The notes under the pieces: model-generated | Databases searched by the model: none | What the model was told of the DNA's origin: nothing | Seen by the model: only the letters and a program-made list of their open reading frames with translations | In this document: piece after piece, positions 1-10,112 of the stretch | Layout of the letters: the number at the start of each line of letters is the position of its first letter | Numbering within the stretch: position 1 is the stretch's first letter | Translations under genes and position numbers: made by a program | Source: a virus | Taxonomy: Duplodnaviria; Caudoviricetes | DNA length: 61,998 nt | Strand: one strand, 5' to 3' | IMG/VR virus record: IMGVR_UViG_3300030372_001090 | Coordinates: 1-61,998 of that record

Positions 1-277
1 AGTTCCATGTGTTTGCCGTACCACCTGACAAAAATGCTTGAACTGAAAATGAATCTATAACCTCTTCTAAGTCTTTTACTATATCAGCATATCCTGTTCC
101 TGACTGTCTTAAATTTTCTCTGTTTATGTATTGATTATATTGATAAAAATAATCTTCAAACATATCCATCTGTGCTTGTTGTGCATACAGATTGAAATCT
201 TGAGGAGACAAGTATCCGTAATTATTTTTATTCATAATTGCCAATACTGTATTCCTTACGTTATTTATCATAGCCAT
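1..277 (-). CDS. N-terminal part (92 codons, runs off the window start) of a putative tail ring/adaptor protein; probably the same gene as 61627..61998
   Basis: Not in the ORF track. Manual translation from ATG 277 gives MAMINNVRNTVLAIMNKNNYGYLSPQDFNLYAQQAQMDMFEDYFYQYNQ..., open to position 1. A TATATTTG box lies upstream at 301-308. Confidence 0.75.
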   Translation of the reverse strand, partial: MAMINNVRNTVLAIMNKNNYGYLSPQDFNLYAQQAQMDMFEDYFYQYNQYINRENLRQSGTGYADIVKDLEEVIDSFSVQAFLSGGTANTWN

Positions 278-300
278 AGAAAATACATTTTAAATATTTA

Positions 301-308
301 CAAATATA
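301..308 (-). promoter_or_regulatory. Bacteroidota-type -7 promoter box (TATATTTG)
   Basis: Matches TAnnTTTG; intergenic, just upstream of ATG 277 and just downstream of a terminator. Confidence 0.7.
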
Positions 309-310
309 GC

Positions 311-342
311 AAAAAAAAAGAGGTCACTTTTTTTGTGACCCC
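311..342 (-). terminator. Intrinsic terminator
   Basis: Minus strand reads GGGGTCAC-A7-GTGACCTC followed by T9, after ORF 365..670. Confidence 0.85.
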
Positions 343-364
343 TTTTAAAATATGGTGCTTTCTA

Positions 365-670
365 TTAAGAGAACGCTAGGCTAGTAACCTCCACAGGATC
401 TCCTGCCGCATTATTTACACCGTGTAAATCAAGGTTAAATGACGGAGACGTCCAACCAGTTTGTAAAGCTGTAATCATTCCATCTTCAATAGCATCTCTT
501 ACTTCTTCGTTGTTTGCAGCCATGTTGTCATGGCTTACAGTAACTTTTTTTCCAGAAGTGTAAAAGATATCTACAGCACTAATGCTTGCTTGCTCTACTA
601 AAGCGATATCGTTAATTAAAACTTTTTGTCTTTGCTCGTTTTTAACCAAAATACTTAAATACTTTTGCAT
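365..670 (-). CDS. Hypothetical protein (possible virion accessory)
   Basis: 101-aa ORF in the head-gene region with its own promoter box and terminator. Confidence 0.75.
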   Translation of the reverse strand: MQKYLSILVKNEQRQKVLINDIALVEQASISAVDIFYTSGKKVTVSHDNMAANNEEVRDAIEDGMITALQTGWTSPSFNLDLHGVNNAAGDPVEVTSLAFS

Positions 671-710
671 AATAAAAAAATTTAAGGGTTATGTGAGATT
701 ATTCTCGCTA

Positions 711-718
711 CAAATATA
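711..718 (-). promoter_or_regulatory. Bacteroidota-type -7 promoter box (TATATTTG)
   Basis: TAnnTTTG about 40 nt upstream of ATG 670. Confidence 0.65.
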
Positions 719-724
719 CCTAAT

Positions 725-1483
725 CTATTTGTCTTTCTTTAGAGCGTTTTTTAATAACTTAAATGTTTCAATACCTTCATCTGATTGCATATATGATGCA
801 ACAATATAATTTGGATCTTCACCAAAAGGTATGGTTAAAATTTTACTTTTGTTTTTCTTTAAGTTAAAATAAACATCTTTTTGATTGTTTCTAAAAGCTA
901 ACAATCCTTCCGAAAAAAACTGCGAGACTTTATCTTGTAAATCTAACATAGGATCATCAAGAACTTCTAGAAATTCAAAAGGTTGATTTTTTGCATAAAT
1001 TAAAACATCTCTTTTAAGTTCAGGAGTAGACATATTATCTACTGCCGCTCCTAAGAAAACTCTACATACGCTAACTAATTTCTCTAGGCTTAAGTTTCTT
1101 GCTAAAATTTGTGCATCTAATTCAGCCTCAACATATTCTAGCTCTTCTTTAGCTTCTTTCTTTTTATTTATTTCATAAAAAATTGTTCCATTACCTGGAT
1201 GTATATGTAGAAACTTTTGTAATACTTGATTTTCTTTAGGTACTACTAACATACCATCTTCAAATACTATTGGCTCTAAAATAGCATTTCCGTCTTGCTC
1301 ATCTTCAAAAGGACTCTTTTGATTTCTAGCATAACGAAGAGGTCTATTTACGCCTGTTTCTTCATCAAAATATAATAATGGGGATCTTCTGTTGTGTCTT
1401 GAGGATAACATAAACGCTAATGGCGTTTTGTTACTTGCAAGTCTATAGACTTTTGTTTCAAATATTGGGTTTGGTTTTTTCAT
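725..1483 (-). CDS. Hypothetical phage protein downstream of the major capsid gene
   Basis: 252-aa ORF with an A-rich leader; no recognised motif. Confidence 0.8.
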   Translation of the reverse strand: MKKPNPIFETKVYRLASNKTPLAFMLSSRHNRRSPLLYFDEETGVNRPLRYARNQKSPFEDEQDGNAILEPIVFEDGMLVVPKENQVLQKFLHIHPGNGTIFYEINKKKEAKEELEYVEAELDAQILARNLSLEKLVSVCRVFLGAAVDNMSTPELKRDVLIYAKNQPFEFLEVLDDPMLDLQDKVSQFFSEGLLAFRNNQKDVYFNLKKNKSKILTIPFGEDPNYIVASYMQSDEGIETFKLLKNALKKDK

Positions 1484-1506
1484 TTTATTTAATTTTAATT
1501 TAATTT

Positions 1507-1535
1507 AAAAGAAAGAGGGGGGATAAACCCCCTCT
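1507..1535 (-). terminator. Intrinsic terminator after the major capsid gene
   Basis: Minus strand AGAGGGGG-TTTATC-CCCCCTCT followed by TTCTTTT. Confidence 0.8.
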
Positions 1536-1556
1536 ATTCTAAATACTACTTTCTAA

Positions 1557-3026
1557 TTACTGCTGAAAGATAAAGAAGTTATTCGCTCCTAAAGTACATA
1601 CAGCTCTTTCAGATAAGAAACTAACAGTCATACTGTCATTGGTATCAGTTCTTGCTGCTCCAGCCGAACCTGTAATCCAAGTCTTGTAACGTCTGTCTTC
1701 AGTTTCTGAAGCTCTGTATCTAACATGAAGGAATGGTCTCTTTGCGTTCTTTCCTAAGATTTGGTCATAAACTGTAGTAGAACCTGCTGGAACCATAAGC
1801 CCATTTACTCTACCACCTTCTATATCACCTCGCATTGCAGGGTCATTTAGATATTTCCAGTCAGACTTGTAGAAGTCATAACCTCTACGGAATCCTGTGA
1901 AACCTAAGTTTAATGCCATGTCTTTATCATTATCAAATAATCCATATGAAGTACCACCTGCTCCGTAAGAGTTTTGTGCTGCTAACATATCATCAATATC
2001 AAATGAGAAATTTCTATTTACAAAAAGAACATTTTCTTCAATAGCTCCTTGCTTATCTAGTCTTTGAATAACTGAGTCAAAACCTGCTAGAGTAACTGGG
2101 TTACCACCACTCCATACGTTTCCTCTGTTTTCAACTGCCCAGAAAATACCATCAGATCCTGATTGGTTTGCAACTGATAAACCAACACCTGTATCTTGGA
2201 TGAAATCTCCAGCTCCAGAAGCTGCATCTGCTGGTACAGTTTCTACCATTGCAGTTTCTAAGTAATCTTCAAAACGCATTCTAGTTTCGTGCTCTGATTT
2301 TAGATACCATAGGTATCCGTTTGCTCCGTTTTCAGTTGTAACTTCTATCCAACCGATTTGAGCCATATCAGAACCATTAACTGTATAATTGTCTTTGATG
2401 ATTATTGGCTTGTTGTCAAAGATTAAATCTTGAGACTCTAATGAACCTTGCATACCATCAGTTCCTTTAGCAAATTCAGATCCATAGATAAACATAGATG
2501 CAGTTGTTCCTGCTCCTGCCCATCCTTGTCCTGTAGCTTCATAGTATCCAACTGTGAATACGTTTGGAGCTGCTGCTGTAGGTGCTACTGTTACAATAGC
2601 TTTGTTATATAAAGTCGTTCCATTTGTATCAAGTGAAATCATAACTGTCTGTCCTTGTCTTATAGCTCCAAAACCATTTGCTGGTGCTGAAGATGCTGGA
2701 GGTGAAGCTGGATTTACTTGTGCTAAAGGAATAGTCCATACTGCTGTATCAGCTCCTGCTGCTGCTGGAGTTGTCATTGCTGTATACTTACTATGTAATC
2801 TTCCTTGTTCTGCCCACTTAATCAAGTCTGAGTTAGTTGGCATTTCAGCTCCCACCATTCTTAAGAATGATGCAACTGATCTATTTCCATAACGCTCAAA
2901 TTCTTTTTCATATGTATCTGGTAAATACTGACTTAAGAAATTGAAATCCGTTATGTAGTTTGTTCTAGTGGCTACTTGCTGTGCACTAGGCTGCAAGTCA
3001 AAGCCAGGTACTGCTTGTACTGACAT
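1557..3026 (-). CDS. Major capsid protein
   Basis: 489 aa; portal-scaffold-capsid synteny and a following terminator; motifs (WAEQGRLH, FIYGSEFAKG, GFTGFRRGYDFYK) resemble capsids of Bacteroidota podoviruses as I recall them. Confidence 0.85.
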   Translation of the reverse strand: MSVQAVPGFDLQPSAQQVATRTNYITDFNFLSQYLPDTYEKEFERYGNRSVASFLRMVGAEMPTNSDLIKWAEQGRLHSKYTAMTTPAAAGADTAVWTIPLAQVNPASPPASSAPANGFGAIRQGQTVMISLDTNGTTLYNKAIVTVAPTAAAPNVFTVGYYEATGQGWAGAGTTASMFIYGSEFAKGTDGMQGSLESQDLIFDNKPIIIKDNYTVNGSDMAQIGWIEVTTENGANGYLWYLKSEHETRMRFEDYLETAMVETVPADAASGAGDFIQDTGVGLSVANQSGSDGIFWAVENRGNVWSGGNPVTLAGFDSVIQRLDKQGAIEENVLFVNRNFSFDIDDMLAAQNSYGAGGTSYGLFDNDKDMALNLGFTGFRRGYDFYKSDWKYLNDPAMRGDIEGGRVNGLMVPAGSTTVYDQILGKNAKRPFLHVRYRASETEDRRYKTWITGSAGAARTDTNDSMTVSFLSERAVCTLGANNFFIFQQ

Positions 3027-3046
3027 AATTTAATTGTTTTAAATGT

Positions 3047-4183
3047 TTATACTCGTTTTATACTTCTAATTTTGAGTCCTCTACCACTATCATTAGATCT
3101 TACTGCTCTTATAGTTCTTCCGTCTTTTGTAACACTTTGTTGAGCTTGTCTGATATCCATATTAATGTTTTTTGATTTTTTTGAAACATCTTCTACAGTA
3201 TCAGCAACGCCTTGGTCATAAAAAAACTTAGCAAACTTTTCTGGATTCATAGCCATAGATAAAGCTCTATGGTATCCCGAAGCATCTTTCATTAATCCAT
3301 CTTTATCCATGTACTTATTTAGAAAAATATTTACATCGGATTGAAGATTTTTTAATTCTGTAGCCTCTCCAGGTTTAAAAGTTAAATTCTTTTCTCCAAC
3401 TTTAAACTCAAAACCTTTGAATTCGTTGCTGAAAACCTCATCAGTTTTCTTGAGAAAATAATCATATCTTTTTGCATTAGCTTCTTTGACAGTTTTAGAT
3501 TCATCAATGTAACTTTTATAAGCAGTTAACATTTCTTTTTCTTCTCCAGATAATCCACTCCCACTTGACTCAAGAGGAACTTTATACTTATCTTTCTGAT
3601 CGTTGAAATATTTCTTTGCTTTCGCAAGTTCTCTTTTTTTAGCTAGCTTTAATTTTTTGATAGCTTTTGGTTCGTCAATTTCTTCGTCAAAACCAAAATT
3701 ATCATCAATCAAATCCTTAATATCAATAGCGTCTAAACCTTCTTCAGTCGCACCATAATATTCAGCTAATAATTGATCAGAATCCATAGAATCAAAGTCT
3801 TTTTGTAAATTATAAAAGTCATTAATTCCACGGCCTGTTTCTTTCTTATACTTCAAATATGCTGAAACATCATCTGGTAATTCTTCGTTTGCTTCTTTTT
3901 GTGCAAACAAATCATCAACAGAAGATATGTCTTTATCATACCTTTTTTTAATATATGTAAGAACGTCTTCGTCATTTAACTCTGACGAGGGAGTTTTTTC
4001 TTCAACAGTCTCTTCTGTTGTTTCCTCTGGCTTTGATTCTTCAGCCACAGGAGTTTCTACTTTTTCCGTTTGTTCAACATTTTGAACATCTTCAAACTTT
4101 TCTTCATGCTTCTCTAAAAGTTCTTGTTCAATTTGCTGTTTTGATTTCTCTTCTTTATTTACTTCTTTTACTTTTATTTCCAT
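3047..4183 (-). CDS. Putative capsid scaffolding protein
   Basis: Acidic, helical, low-complexity N-terminus; lies between portal and capsid. Confidence 0.7.
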   Translation of the reverse strand: MEIKVKEVNKEEKSKQQIEQELLEKHEEKFEDVQNVEQTEKVETPVAEESKPEETTEETVEEKTPSSELNDEDVLTYIKKRYDKDISSVDDLFAQKEANEELPDDVSAYLKYKKETGRGINDFYNLQKDFDSMDSDQLLAEYYGATEEGLDAIDIKDLIDDNFGFDEEIDEPKAIKKLKLAKKRELAKAKKYFNDQKDKYKVPLESSGSGLSGEEKEMLTAYKSYIDESKTVKEANAKRYDYFLKKTDEVFSNEFKGFEFKVGEKNLTFKPGEATELKNLQSDVNIFLNKYMDKDGLMKDASGYHRALSMAMNPEKFAKFFYDQGVADTVEDVSKKSKNINMDIRQAQQSVTKDGRTIRAVRSNDSGRGLKIRSIKRV

Positions 4184-4204
4184 TTTATTTAATTTAAATT
4201 TTTA

Positions 4205-4212
4205 CAAAGTTA
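4205..4212 (-). promoter_or_regulatory. Bacteroidota-type -7 promoter box (TAACTTTG)
   Basis: TAnnTTTG about 20 nt upstream of the scaffold ATG. Confidence 0.65.
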
Positions 4213-4238
4213 ATAATTATAATCCACCTAAATTTAGG

Positions 4239-6677
4239 CTATCGTGGATCAAACTCAGCCAAGTCAAAACCATCCAAACTATCTTCGTTTGACTCAAAGG
4301 ATATAGGAGGTAAATTGTTCTTACGTTGAGTTATAAGTTGTGACTGTTGAGTTGATTGCTGGCTTATTCTTTTGTCTTTTGCTCTTTCCCTGTTTTGCTC
4401 TCTTCTGTCAATAGCTTGCTCATCTCTTCCTTTTAGTTGCATTTGGAACTGGAACTCAGTCATCATAAGCTGTTCTTTCAATGCAGCTTCATTTTTTAAT
4501 TTTTCAATCTCAAAACCAATCTCAGCCTGTTTTACTTGCATTTTAGATTGTGTTTCCATTTGTATTTTTTGCATAGATATTTGTGCGGCAGCTTGTTGCG
4601 ATTGCATATTATTTTGCTGCTGCATTTGCATTTCAGTTGCTTTTTGTTTTTGCTCCTGTTCTTGTCTTTGCTTACGTTTTACTTTTAACAACTGATTAGC
4701 CATTTTTATATTTTTGATTTCTCTGATATCAATAGCATCTTCTAAATCAATACCACCTTTAGATAATGCCATTTGAATGTTTTGTTCTAACTGTGCCTTT
4801 TCTTCTTCATCTGGGCTCATTTCAATAAAAATACCAAAATCGTATAAGTATAAATTTTTAATATCATCAAGTAGTCCTAAATTATATTTACCTATTTGCA
4901 TAGCAAATTCATCAGCAAAGTCTGAGTATTCTAAGACATCCGCAGTTCTAATAGAAAGAGCTTCTGCTAAAGTTTGTGTTAAGAACAGGCTACCCTCTAA
5001 TATATGTCTTGTTGCTGTGTTTGAATTTAGTGCAGCAAGTTTTTGAACTCCAACTAAAGAATTAGGATCAGGAGTTGAACCATCTCTCGCTTCGTTTAAT
5101 CCTGTTACTTGTCTAATCATATTAAGATAATGATTGTAATTACCTATCAGCATCTGCATTTTTTGTGAACCACTAGATGATGTCAACTGAGTTATTGGAA
5201 CTCTAGCTTGATTAAAATCACCATCTTGAGTATAACTTCTTCCTACAACACTACCTGTTTGAAAATATAATCTTAGTGCATCTGAAGGATCATATGCGTT
5301 TCCTGTTCCTAAATCAACCTCGTTCATTCCGTCAGCATCTATAAATACACCATCAGGCACAACTCTTTGAATTACTTGTTGCAGTTTCATATGGGTAAGT
5401 TGAATTAAATCTGCGAAAGGAATCATACGTCTAACTAAAGACTCAATAGTTCCTTTATACATTCTTGGTGCAGTAGCAACATAATTTGGCATTGCATACT
5501 GACTAGCTGAGTTAGGTCTAACCATATTTTTAGCCATTTCCCATTTTAGTAAAATGTTTGTTCCCATAACCATAACACCTTCATACCATACATCAATTCT
5601 TTTTTCAACTTTCTCAAACTTTCCTTCCTCCATCATTTCTTCAGGTGGATTAAACTGATCGTCTTTTGGGACTACAGTAAAATTACCATCAGCAGTTTGC
5701 TTTTTCTTATAAACAAAACTTTCTGTTGATTTGTAATTAAAATATAATAATGTGCAAGTATCTCTATAGAACATACTATTCTCATACATTTGTGCTACAT
5801 TATAATAATCATACCAAGACTGACTATATTTAGATATTTCTTCCATATCTGCTTGAGTCAAGTCTGGGTTTATTTTTAATACTTCAGTAATTGGAATAGT
5901 TTTGATTTCACCCCAGTAAAAACAATCTTTAAAGTACGGATCTTCAGTATAGCTGTAAACAACATTAGCGGGATCAACATACTTGACTTTTATACCATCA
6001 CCAAGCTGAAACTCATGTTTTACCATAGAAATTCCTAAAGTCATCAAATCCATATCACACCTTTTTCGTGTTTGATTATAATGGTTTTCTTCTAGTAAAG
6101 TATTGATTGCTGTTTCGTTAGCTATTTCAACGGCAGGCTTATAATTCATTTGCATATAAAGCTCCATTTCTAAATCACTTTCAGGTAGCTCGTCAGGATT
6201 AACTTGAAATACATCCATTCCAAAGTCTTGTTCTATTTGTTTGAAAAGAGGTTTTGCTATAACATTAGTTTCAATCATTTGCTGATACTCTCCTCTTCTT
6301 TCTGATGACATAGCGTCTTGAGCATAAGCCTTAACTTTAAATAAACGATCACTCATTCCGTTTACTACTATATCTACAAACTTTGGGATTATTGGTACGG
6401 GTGTCCAGTCTAAATTTAAATAAGATAAATCGCCATCAACAGCTAATTCATTTTTATATTTTGCTATGGACTGCTCACCTCTAGCGTATAATCGTAAACG
6501 ATTAAACTCCAACCATTGACTGTAAAACCTACATTGACCTGCTCCCTCTTTTCTAAACCATTCATATTGTATTGCTTGCCCTACCTGCAACCCAAACTCT
6601 TTTGTTTTCTTCTCTGAATCAGAAGCAAATTGGTTAGGAAATGTTGCTGATTTTATGTCAATAGTTACGTTATCCAT
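4239..6677 (-). CDS. Portal protein
   Basis: 812 aa directly after the terminase; PIIPKFVDIVVNG motif; Gln-rich C-terminal coiled coil like the barrel of P22-type portals. Confidence 0.85.
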   Translation of the reverse strand: MDNVTIDIKSATFPNQFASDSEKKTKEFGLQVGQAIQYEWFRKEGAGQCRFYSQWLEFNRLRLYARGEQSIAKYKNELAVDGDLSYLNLDWTPVPIIPKFVDIVVNGMSDRLFKVKAYAQDAMSSERRGEYQQMIETNVIAKPLFKQIEQDFGMDVFQVNPDELPESDLEMELYMQMNYKPAVEIANETAINTLLEENHYNQTRKRCDMDLMTLGISMVKHEFQLGDGIKVKYVDPANVVYSYTEDPYFKDCFYWGEIKTIPITEVLKINPDLTQADMEEISKYSQSWYDYYNVAQMYENSMFYRDTCTLLYFNYKSTESFVYKKKQTADGNFTVVPKDDQFNPPEEMMEEGKFEKVEKRIDVWYEGVMVMGTNILLKWEMAKNMVRPNSASQYAMPNYVATAPRMYKGTIESLVRRMIPFADLIQLTHMKLQQVIQRVVPDGVFIDADGMNEVDLGTGNAYDPSDALRLYFQTGSVVGRSYTQDGDFNQARVPITQLTSSSGSQKMQMLIGNYNHYLNMIRQVTGLNEARDGSTPDPNSLVGVQKLAALNSNTATRHILEGSLFLTQTLAEALSIRTADVLEYSDFADEFAMQIGKYNLGLLDDIKNLYLYDFGIFIEMSPDEEEKAQLEQNIQMALSKGGIDLEDAIDIREIKNIKMANQLLKVKRKQRQEQEQKQKATEMQMQQQNNMQSQQAAAQISMQKIQMETQSKMQVKQAEIGFEIEKLKNEAALKEQLMMTEFQFQMQLKGRDEQAIDRREQNRERAKDKRISQQSTQQSQLITQRKNNLPPISFESNEDSLDGFDLAEFDPR

Positions 6678-8923
6678 TATCTTATTATTTGACTTAGGGA
6701 ACTCTTGTTGTTATATCGTGCAAAGTTAATACTTATTTTTGATTTTTGTTTAGATGGTGTGTATAAGTGCTTCTGATTAGCCATTATAGCTAAACCAGAA
6801 CTTATAGCCGCATCAAACTTAGTTCTTTTACTAATATCAAACTTTGCCCAGTCTTCTAAAGTACGTTGGAAATACATAGCTCCCATATCATCTGCATCCC
6901 TGTATGTACCTGAAAAATCTAATCCTATATATTTTTCTATGTAAGATTCTATAGCTGAAGCATGAGACTGCTTTACGTCTTCAGAAGTATTAGGTATACC
7001 TCCTAATTCTCTTTCCGTTTTAGATAACTTATTAAAAGTTTTATCTGGTCGGTTTAAGCTAAATCCTCTATACCCTCTATTCTTCAAATGATACAATAAT
7101 CTTGGTTTATTATTCTCACATAAAATTGGCATACCATAAAATACGCATGCCATTAAAACTTCTTCAAAAAATATTTCTGCTGTTTGTGGTCTGGCTATAT
7201 ATTCTAAAAAGAAATGATTTGACGGAGCTTCTTCCATACTAAACTTAGTCATACCATGTAACGCACCATTAGAACCTTTGCCGACTACTACACCTGAAAT
7301 ATCATAAGAGTCACATCCAAAAGACCCAAGATGTTCGTTTCCTGGATACTTAATTCCATTACGAGTTATTACCCGATTTTGTAGATGGGCTCCTGGAGTC
7401 CAAGTTACTAAAAATCTACCACTTTTATTTGGGCTAAAAATTACTTTTGAATCTTTGATTCCGTTAGCCCACGAGAACGATCCTTTTGTAGTATGCTGAC
7501 CTAAAAGTAAAGAATCATTATAATCAATTTGTTGATATATTTTTGTTAAATTAAATAAAGATTGTTTGCTTTCATCTCTAAATGCGTGAGACTCTGATCT
7601 TGGAAACTGCCTGTAAAATTCATTTAGTGCATCAGGGTCTTGTGCTAAAGACTCTACTTCATTCTCCCAATAATTTATTGCACCAGTTGTTATATCTTCA
7701 CCATCAATACCGACTATAGGTTTTTCAGGGGTTCTTAAAACTGGCATACCATATCTATCAATATATCCTTCAAAGTTCCATTCCATAGGTATAAATAAAT
7801 TATATAAACCAGATTTTGTTTGTCCATTAGAATTTCTTTTTTTACTATCTGAATCTTCAAATAATTTTTTAAAATTAGAACCACCTTTGTCTAGTGAATT
7901 AGATGTTGAACCCATCATGCACTTACCAATAATCTTACTACCAAGCCTTAAACAAGTTTTTGTTACTCTCCAATTATTTAAAATGTTTTCAGGTTTTTCC
8001 CATTTACCACTTTCATCATGAAGCAAATATTGTAACTTCTCACCATCATAAGAGTTGTCAGAAGTATTCTTCCAATCAATAGTAGTGTCTAAGCCGTCAA
8101 GTTCTTCATTACCAATATCATACATATTTTTTTTAGTAATTTTAGATGCTGGTACTCTGTAAGCTAATTCTGTTTTTGGCTTATCCATACCATCCTGAAT
8201 AGGTTTGAAAAAGAATGGGTAATTATTGGATATAGGAACAACTTTGTCAGTAAACATCTTTTTAGCATCCGCACCAGTTTTAGACAAAATACCTATACGA
8301 GCATCTCTAGTTATTGTTGCTTGGTTAACACCTTCACAAGAACTCATAAATGAAAATCCTGAACGTCTTATTTTTAAATAACACATACCAAAACTTCTTT
8401 TGTCAGCTTTACACGCTTCCCAAAAAATATAAAATATTCTATTTGCTTCTCTAAAATCTGGATGACCTACATCAATTTTAGTCCATTGCAAATACATATA
8501 ATGAGTTCCAGTTATGTAAGTTGGCTTTCCATTATTTAAAAACCAATAGCCCTGTTCTCTTTTATCAAACTCGCCTTCAATGTAATCTACCCATTGAGCC
8601 TTAAATGTTGGCGGTGCTTCGTGCCATTGAAATATTGTTTGTATTCTTTTTAAAACTTTAGGTAATTGTTTTGGTTGCCAGACTTGATCTTCTTTTTTAT
8701 TTTTATCATTGTCAAATTTTTTAGGTGTTTTTGGCAGTCCTATTTTTACATTGCTAATTTCATAAATTTCACCTAAAGTTCCGTCCCTTGATATTATAAC
8801 TACATCATATTTTTCATTATACCCATATAGCCATGTTCTTGCCCTATTTTTGTTAGACATAACACTTTTAGGTATATAGTTTTTTAAAACTCTAAATATT
8901 TTATTTTGATCTTGATTCAGCAA
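6677..8923 (-). CDS. terL: Terminase large subunit
   Basis: Walker A-like KIRRSGFS, Walker B LLHDESGKW, coupling motif GSTSN, RNase H-like GCDSYD and FDAAISSG; upstream of the portal. Confidence 0.9.
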   Translation of the reverse strand: MLNQDQNKIFRVLKNYIPKSVMSNKNRARTWLYGYNEKYDVVIISRDGTLGEIYEISNVKIGLPKTPKKFDNDKNKKEDQVWQPKQLPKVLKRIQTIFQWHEAPPTFKAQWVDYIEGEFDKREQGYWFLNNGKPTYITGTHYMYLQWTKIDVGHPDFREANRIFYIFWEACKADKRSFGMCYLKIRRSGFSFMSSCEGVNQATITRDARIGILSKTGADAKKMFTDKVVPISNNYPFFFKPIQDGMDKPKTELAYRVPASKITKKNMYDIGNEELDGLDTTIDWKNTSDNSYDGEKLQYLLHDESGKWEKPENILNNWRVTKTCLRLGSKIIGKCMMGSTSNSLDKGGSNFKKLFEDSDSKKRNSNGQTKSGLYNLFIPMEWNFEGYIDRYGMPVLRTPEKPIVGIDGEDITTGAINYWENEVESLAQDPDALNEFYRQFPRSESHAFRDESKQSLFNLTKIYQQIDYNDSLLLGQHTTKGSFSWANGIKDSKVIFSPNKSGRFLVTWTPGAHLQNRVITRNGIKYPGNEHLGSFGCDSYDISGVVVGKGSNGALHGMTKFSMEEAPSNHFFLEYIARPQTAEIFFEEVLMACVFYGMPILCENNKPRLLYHLKNRGYRGFSLNRPDKTFNKLSKTERELGGIPNTSEDVKQSHASAIESYIEKYIGLDFSGTYRDADDMGAMYFQRTLEDWAKFDISKRTKFDAAISSGLAIMANQKHLYTPSKQKSKISINFARYNNKSSLSQIIR

Positions 8924-9176
8924 ATCCTTTTGGTGTTGTTGTTTTTGTTTCTACAGTCTTACCCTCTAATAAATTTTTTTCTTCTTCAATTCTTTTTAAT
9001 ATTTCAAAAGCATCCATGATACATAATTTTTTTGTTGCTGCGGCATTTTTCAATCTGTCTGCTGCTAGTTCATCATCAGCTTCATATTTAATTATATCTT
9101 CTTTTGCAACTTTAATTAATTGTTTTACAGCTTTTTCTCCTGCTGATATTATTTGAAACCTTAATTCTTTATTCAT
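8901..9176 (-). CDS. Hypothetical protein, possible terminase small subunit
   Basis: 91-aa helical protein overlapping the terL start; function inferred from position only. Confidence 0.5.
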   Translation of the reverse strand: MNKELRFQIISAGEKAVKQLIKVAKEDIIKYEADDELAADRLKNAAATKKLCIMDAFEILKRIEEEKNLLEGKTVETKTTTPKGFAESRSK

Positions 9177-9738
9177 CTATTATAGTTGTTATATTATTAG
9201 TAAACATTCTGTATAATAACTCATCTTCAACTGTAAACTCATATTCACTATGCGGAGTAAATATAACATTATCTCCAACAGCAACTCCTAAATTAATTAA
9301 TTCATCATTAATATATTTAACTGTTCCCTGAAGCCTTTCGTATTTACCTCCTTTATCAATAAAGGCTTTTTTTGCAAGCAAAGGTTTTATAAAACAATAT
9401 TTGCCGTGTGACTTCCAACCTTTATCGTTTTTAAATAAATAAAACTGATCGGGATCTACAAAAAATAAATTGTCTTTAAAATAACTCTTACCGCTTTTTC
9501 TTCTACCATACATATCATTGTAAAACTTAAATACGTTATGATGAACCAATAAGGTGTCTCCCTTTTTTACTTCTCCTTTATAATTTAGGGGTAGTTCCTT
9601 GACTATGGCAAATCTATTTGATGCCATATGGTCTTCTTCAGATACGCTAGTAATAAATTCCATACCACCTATTTTTCTTACATTATCATATCTCCTATCA
9701 TTAACAGGCTCTACAATAAACGAATGTATAGACCTCAT
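9169..9738 (-). CDS. Tandem GroES (Cpn10)-like protein
   Basis: Two halves each with a Cpn10-like pattern: FIVEP...AIVKELP...VKKGDTLLV and CFIKP...GTVKYIN...VAVGDNVIFTPHSEYEFTVEDELLYRM. Confidence 0.6.
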   Translation of the reverse strand: MRSIHSFIVEPVNDRRYDNVRKIGGMEFITSVSEEDHMASNRFAIVKELPLNYKGEVKKGDTLLVHHNVFKFYNDMYGRRKSGKSYFKDNLFFVDPDQFYLFKNDKGWKSHGKYCFIKPLLAKKAFIDKGGKYERLQGTVKYINDELINLGVAVGDNVIFTPHSEYEFTVEDELLYRMFTNNITTIIDE

Positions 9739-9962
9739 TAAAAGTTTATATTATATTCTAAGGTAATTGGAAGCGTATACAAAAACTCTTTCCATATAAA
9801 TATCTCATCGTTTTTTTCTACCCAGAGTTTATATGATTGTGTTTTTTCGTTAGCTTGTATTAGATGTATTTTATAATCACCTCCTAAGACGGGTTGATTT
9901 ACTATATAGTGCATTGAGCCTGACTTATAATCAGATCCAATGGAGATTTTTCTTATATCCAT
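9738..9962 (-). CDS. Hypothetical protein
   Basis: 74-aa ORF, translationally coupled (TAATG) to the next gene. Confidence 0.75.
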   Translation of the reverse strand: MDIRKISIGSDYKSGSMHYIVNQPVLGGDYKIHLIQANEKTQSYKLWVEKNDEIFIWKEFLYTLPITLEYNINF

Positions 9963-9968
9963 TTTATT

Positions 9969-10103
9969 TTATTTTTTATCTTCTATTAATCCTTTATTAA
10001 TCTCGGCAGTAATTTCTTCAACAATAGCTAGAGTGCTTATTGGAAGTGATTGTAATAGTCGGTTAATATTTTTAATAGATTCTTCATTTAATTCTACTCG
10101 CAT
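9969..10103 (-). CDS. Small hypothetical protein (44 aa, MRVELNEESIKNINRLLQSLP...)
   Basis: Not in the ORF track; fills the gap after the tail fibre gene; A-rich leader; amphipathic helix. Confidence 0.65.
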   Translation of the reverse strand: MRVELNEESIKNINRLLQSLPISTLAIVEEITAEINKGLIEDKK

Positions 10104-10112
10104 TTAATTTAA

